Assembly: GCF_038025025.1 (NCBI RefSeq)
Contig: NW_027117338.1
Coordinates: forward strand, 558,001 to 622,000
Length of the DNA stretch: 64,000 bases
Source: Phyllosticta citribraziliensis
Lineage: Eukaryota
Direction: 5' to 3'
The notes below the pieces were generated by a model. That model saw only the letters and a program-made list of their open reading frames with translations. It was not told the origin of the DNA and did not search any database. Shown piece after piece: positions 58,606-64,000 of the stretch (its first letter is position 1; each line of letters opens with the position of its first letter). The translations under genes and the position numbers were made by a program.

Positions 58606-60386
58606 CTACTGGTGGAGCTTCGGGCCCTTGGACCACCACCAGTCGCACTCTTTCCTCGCCCACTCGTCATCAACCATCTGCGTCGTAACGCCAACACCAG
58701 AACCACCGGCCTGCTCGTCGTTGCCCAGCCCAAAGATCATCTTCTTTTCCGCCTCGCCCTTCTTATACGGCAGCCATTCTGCGCGCTCCGGTCCCTTGCC
58801 CTTCAGCGCGTTGGGGTCGCCCTTTTGCGTAATGAAGCTCGTCCAGTACGCGTGAACCTCGCCGGCAAGCTTCTCCTGGAAAGCCGACACCTTACGAGGA
58901 CCGGGCGAGTACGTCTCGTAAACGTACTGGTTTCCGTGGTTGGCCCCTTCAAGGACTGTCTGATTCACAGCCCAGTGGTACAGGTACACGGGCTCCTCCT
59001 GCCCAGCCGACGCGTGCAAGACTGTAGAGTGTACCGGACATACGTAAGCGTAGTGCGCATATGCAGCCTCGGCACGCTTGTACTGCTTGCCCAAGCTGAG
59101 AGGACGCGTATCCAGGTATGGCGACGCGCTGTCCTTGGACGGGTCAGGGTACAGCTTCTCCAGCTCAGAAATGTCCTTTTCTGAAAGATCGGGATGCAGC
59201 GTCTTGAAGTACTGCGGAAACTCTTCGGGCTTGTCCAAAGAAGTCGGCACATACGACGCAGCCTCGTTGGTGGTGAACCCCGTGAGGATCGGAATCTTGT
59301 GCCAAATGCCAGATTCCCATGCCTCGGTCGGCCGCCCCTTGAGAATCTTTCCGTCAATGGTAGGCTGGAATGCCCACCGGAGAGAAGGGTTGTACTCGTC
59401 AAACACGGCAAAAGACGCTTGAATGACCTTGTCGGCTGGAGCCTCGCGCAGACACTCAAAGACCGAGTCTTCGGAAACGTGGCCACAGCCGGCCAGCTTG
59501 ACGTATTTTTCAAACTGGTCCTCGTGCAGAGGAGCACTGGGCTTGTGGACGGCCCGTGCCGTCGTACCTCCAGACTCAATGATGGCGCGTTGGAAGAAGG
59601 GCTCGTCGGTATTCATAATCATGTGCCCAATCGCGTGGGCGCCGGCGCTGAGACCAAAGACGGTGACATCCTCGGCGTCGCCGCCGAATTCTCCAATGTT
59701 CTCCCGGAACCAGTTGAAGAAAAAGATCATGTCGCGCAGTCCAAGATTCAAAAGGCCTTCCTTTTCCGTGACGTGCGAGGGGAGGAATCCGAGGGCTCCA
59801 ATGCGATATTGGAAGCTGACGCCGATAAAAGGACTCTCAGACCAGCCCACCATCGACGGTAGATCCGTCATGTGAGCATAGCCGCGGTTGAAGGCGCCTC
59901 CGTGAACGTAAAGAGCGACCGGAAGCTTCGCCGTGCTGTTGACGCCTGCAGGGCGGAAAACATTCACCACCAAACAGTCCTCGTCGTACGGCGCGGCCAT
60001 TCCACGGAACGACTTTCCAGGGCAGACTGGGCCATACTCTGCGGCGTCAAAGGTCCTGTTCGATTGTGGCAGAGGCTCCAATGGCTTGAATCTCCTAGAA
60101 CCGGCGGCATCCTGGGAATAGGGAAAGCCGCGGAAGGCCTCTACGGGATGAGGCCAGTCTCCATTGAGCGTTGTGCCGACGACTTTGCCTTGGGACAAAG
60201 TTACGGCGGGCCGGTCGGTCTGCGCGGAGAAGGGGAGGTAGCTACGAATCTGAGATGAGTGGAATGTCGCGTCATGTCAAGAGGTCAAACGTACGGAGCG
60301 AGAAACTGCTGAAGCTCAAACGTGTGAGCTAGCGCAAGAATAACCGAGAGCGCCAAAACCAGCGCTGAAACCCGTACAAAGGCCAT
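58606..60386 (-). CDS. Secreted type-B carboxylesterase/lipase; intron about 60243-60294
   Basis: Signal peptide MAFVRVSALVLALSVILALA; FRGFPY, EDCL, VHGGAF oxyanion hole, YRIGALGFL, GLSAG nucleophile, TTNE, GANHG. Confidence 0.93.
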
Positions 60387-60970
60387 TGCAAAGCAAACAA
60401 CTTCAACGAAAAGGCTCTACAAACTCTTCGCCATGAACACGATTTCGCTTCATTATATACGCTCCACGCAACCGCCCCTGCACCCCCGCAGTGGATGCCG
60501 TTCTGTTGATTCCCGTCGGCTTGGACCCGATGGCGGTCAACGTCGGCATCAAGAGCCACGCCCCGAAGACCTCAAGTGCAACACCCGCCGCCAAAGCCTG
60601 AGACTCTGGTCACATTGTGCCCTTGCTCAAATCCCAAAAGATATCCGGCATCAAAAGTGACTCCGGTTCAGGCACGCCAGTCGAGGCGGTGATGTCAGTC
60701 GATCCGTCGGCGAATAGCGTGACAATCCGATCTTATCCAAGCCAAGACTGCATTATCAAGTCCGTGTGCATACACATCAGTACGAGATGGACTATGTCGC
60801 TCGACTTCTTTCTCCAGTCTTGGATTCAGGCTATCTGCCACTATCAGGTGGCTTATCACGCGTAGTGGCGATTTCAGCTTCAATAAGTAGTGGTGCATCA
60901 AAATGGCTTTCGTCGACGTCCGTCCCGATTCACATCTTCGAGAACCGTTCCTTCACAATTCCAAATCGCC

Positions 60971-62806
60971 ATGAGCTCTGAAAAGCACATGGACGGCGCC
61001 TACGAGGCCGAATTGGCCACCGCCAAATCAGACCTCGAAAAGTCATTGTCGATAACCCAAAAATCCGTGGGAGAAGGAGAGGTTGTCGAGCTCGATCAAG
61101 CCGAGGTGTTTCTTCGCGAAAATGGCTACGACTGGGGACAAGTTGAGACCATCCTCGACGACAAGCAAAAGATGAAGGCGTTGTACAGAAAAGTGGACAA
61201 GCTCCTGCTTCCCCTGCTCTGCGGCACCTACGTGCTACAGTATATTGACAAATCGACGACCTCTTACGGCGCAGTCTTTGATCTGCTGAGCGCGACCAAC
61301 ATGAGCGGAGACCAATACTCTTGGACTGCAAGCATCTTTTATTTTGGTAAGTCCAGGTCTGGAGTGGAAGTGATCAATGCCTGACTTGTTTTAGGCTATC
61401 TGTTTTGGGAATATCCAGCCAGTTACCTCGCTCAGCACTACAGAACCGGCAAGGTCGTCGCTGGCACCATCATCGGTTGGTCCAGCGTCCTGATGTTGAC
61501 TGCAGCCTGCGAGAGCTTTGGTACCATCGCTGTTTGCCGGTTCTTCCTTGGATGTTTCGAAGCGCCAATCACGCCCTGCTTCATGTTGATCGTCTCCATG
61601 TGGTACACTAGAGAACAACAACCATTCAGAGCAGGTTGCTTCTACTGCTGCAACGGAGTCGGCTCTTGCGTACGTGTTCGTCAAGCTTCCGACACAAAAC
61701 GCTAACTTTTCAAAGCTCGGCGGTATCTTCTGCTACGGAATCGGCCAAATTGACTCGTTCCCCGTCTACAAAGCCATCTTCCTGATCTGCGGTGGATTGA
61801 CATTCCTCTGGGGTCTCGTTGTGATGTGGTTCCTCCCCGACAGCCCCATGACAGCGAAAGGGTTCACCTTGGAGGAGAAGGCAGCCCTGCTTGGAGTTGG
61901 CCGGAGAAACCAAACGGGCAGTCTGAACAGGACCATCAAGCCGAACCAGATCAAGGAGGCATTCATGGACCTGCAAGTCTGGATTCTGTTCTTCTTCGTT
62001 CTTCTGAATGAGCTCATCAATGGTGGCGTTGCAAACGTAAGCCTTTCGCCGAACATTCGTGTTGAACCACACTGACATCGTCCAGTTTGGCAAGCTCATC
62101 ATCAAGGGCCTCGTTTCGGACCCTCTGTCGACTACGGCACTTGGAATCCCCCAAGGCGGCTTTCAAGTTCTCTTCGTCCTGTCCGGCGGCTTTTTTGCCT
62201 CGTACTTCAAGAACTCGAGGACAACAATCATGGCCATATACCTGCTTCCAACCATCGCCGGATCGTGCATGCTGTGGAAAGTTCCCAGGACCGACAAGAT
62301 TGCGAGTCTTTTTGGCTACTACATTGTAAGTCCCCTTGTATCCCCTTTCTCACACAGTCGCTGACTCCATCAGGTCGGAGCCTACGTCGCATCACTCACA
62401 ATCGCGCTCCAAATGCCCGCAACCAACATTGGAGGCTACACCAAGCGCGTGACAGCAACAGCCTTCGTCTTCCTGGCCTACTGCATCGGCAACATCATCG
62501 GCCCGCACGCCTTCCTCGACTCCGAAGCGCCCATCTACCAAACCGGAATCAAGATGATTCTGTGCTGTGCCTGCATCCAATTCGCGCTTGCAGTCTTTTT
62601 GCGCTTTTGGCTCACGAAGCGGAACAAGGAGCGCGACGCAAAAGCGGCAGCAGCAGGAGTCGACGGCGCGGCGGAAGACGAGCCGCTGTGGGACAAGACG
62701 GATTTCGAGGTGCGTCCATCATCATTTCCCTGTCAGAAATGTCGTGTCCCCGGGTACTTTACTGACTCTCCTTGCTTAGAACCCGGCGTTCCGCTACTCG
62801 CTATAG
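60971..62806 (+). CDS. MFS allantoate/anion transporter (Dal5-like), about 6 exons
   Basis: RKVDKLLLPLLC...LQYIDKST, QYSWTASIFYFG, RFFLGCFEAPITP, MWYTREQQPFR, FLPDSPMTA, NIGGYTKR, AYCIGNIIGP, DKTDFE|NPAFRYSL. Confidence 0.93.
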
Positions 62807-63132
62807 AAGGCGCCAGGGGTGCCGAAACACGTTTTTCTTTCCCTCGTTACGCAAGGCCATGTAATTTCTTTATTCTCACTCTGATATCCTAGATATGTAA
62901 AATGTGACGCATTTGACGATTTTACAAGAGAATTCGGCTTTTTTCTTGCTCAAAGCGTGTTGGGCTGCTTGAAGAGCATTCGCTGGGTGTGTGACAAGTG
63001 CGACTTTCCATGCAAGTCTGGCGGGTGCATGCATGCAGAGAGCCCGACAATTCCCCCCATCCGACATTGAATTTAAGAGCGTCTGACACCTGTCAAGCCT
63101 CTCATCAATATGACCGTTTGCTTCCAGGAAAT

Positions 63133-64000
63133 ATGGCGCCGCGCAAGTTCTCATTGGCCGCGTTTGCCTCGCTGCTGAGGAAGAAGCCGGCGGCAAAGGA
63201 CAAGATTCTCGTGTGAGTTGACCGGAATTGTCGGACCGCGGGGCTGAGCTGACGAGATAACAGATTGGGCGCTGGAGAGCCCGTTGGAGGAGCAGTTCTG
63301 GCCGCCATTGTCCAAAAGTACTCCAAAGATCTCAACATCGTGGCCGCCGTATCGACGCGTCACGAGGCGCAGAAGCTACAACAGCAACACCCAAGCATCC
63401 GAACAACCATCGGGAATGTCGAGAACCCAGCGTTTCTCGAAACGGCAGCGCAAACGGCCAAGATAGTCATCAGTACAGTCCAAGGCACCTCCAAGGCAAA
63501 TCCAAAATTCTAAAGTCCTCTGTGTGGATAGATACCCATGCATCGCCCAGCTCGAGCGCTGCCACGGCCGCCGCACACCTAGTCCACGTCCTCTCACACA
63601 ACGCGTGCACGCACACCTTCTACATCCACACCAGCAGCATCGCTGTCCTGGAGGCTTCGCCCAGCGATCCCACGGCCCAGCGTAGCGAAACCATCACCAC
63701 AAAAGCCCGCGAGGAGACGCAGCTGAAGCGGAAGGGTGATGTGCGGGCAAGCGTGCACAGAATCTGGAACGACGTCGCCGACATTGACGAGATTCGCGCG
63801 CGGCCGGCGAGTGATGGATACGCGCGCGTCGACGCGGCTGTGCGGGAGGCTGTACGGGCGGCGGAGAAGCGGAGCGGAAAGAGGAGGAAGAAGGGCGGGC
63901 AGCAGCGTGTTAGGCTGGCCGTTGTGGCACCCGGCGTTGTATATGGGAGTGCATCGTTATCGACCCATGGCTCAGGCTCACCTCAAGAGATTTCTGGAGG
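63133..64000 (+). CDS. NAD(P)-binding Rossmann-fold protein (epimerase/NmrA-like), 3'-truncated by the window, at least 2 introns
   Basis: KILV|IGAGEPVGGAVL, AKIVI|N, FYIHTSS, WNDVADIDEI, RVDAAV, LAVVAPGVVYG resemble fungal atypical extended SDRs. Confidence 0.65.

Overview
This is fungal nuclear DNA from a filamentous ascomycete, probably a Dothideomycete. It is GC-rich and has short GT..AG introns with CTRAC branch points. About 21 conserved or family-assignable genes are present: Sdh8/SDHAF4, Tsp3-type tetraspanin, Gep3/Mtg3 GTPase, mitochondrial aspartate aminotransferase, a secreted protein, Ctf8, a small coiled-coil protein, a bromodomain protein, a FucP-type MFS transporter, App1 phosphatase, a Mae1/SLAC1 transporter, a GPI-anchored protein, Rgp1, Rrg9, a DUF2236/MpaB-like oxygenase, Snu66, bL28m, Pth2, a PTH11-like protein, a type-B carboxylesterase, a Dal5-like transporter and a partial Rossmann-fold gene. 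A ~9.5 kb island (about 40.4-49.9 kb) has no recognisable conserved gene. Manual splicing there reconstructs three co-oriented orphan genes with only phase-1 introns, a low-complexity N-terminus and a coiled-coil C-terminus. They are interspersed with a diverged ~400 bp repeat pair, tandem duplications, RIP-like TA-rich patches and gene relics. A second highlight is a candidate GUG-initiated, Arg-rich 116-aa N-terminal extension of App1, together with a uORF whose stop overlaps the main AUG. No tRNA, rRNA, CRISPR array or intact transposon was recognised. All family assignments come from recalled motifs, not database searches.
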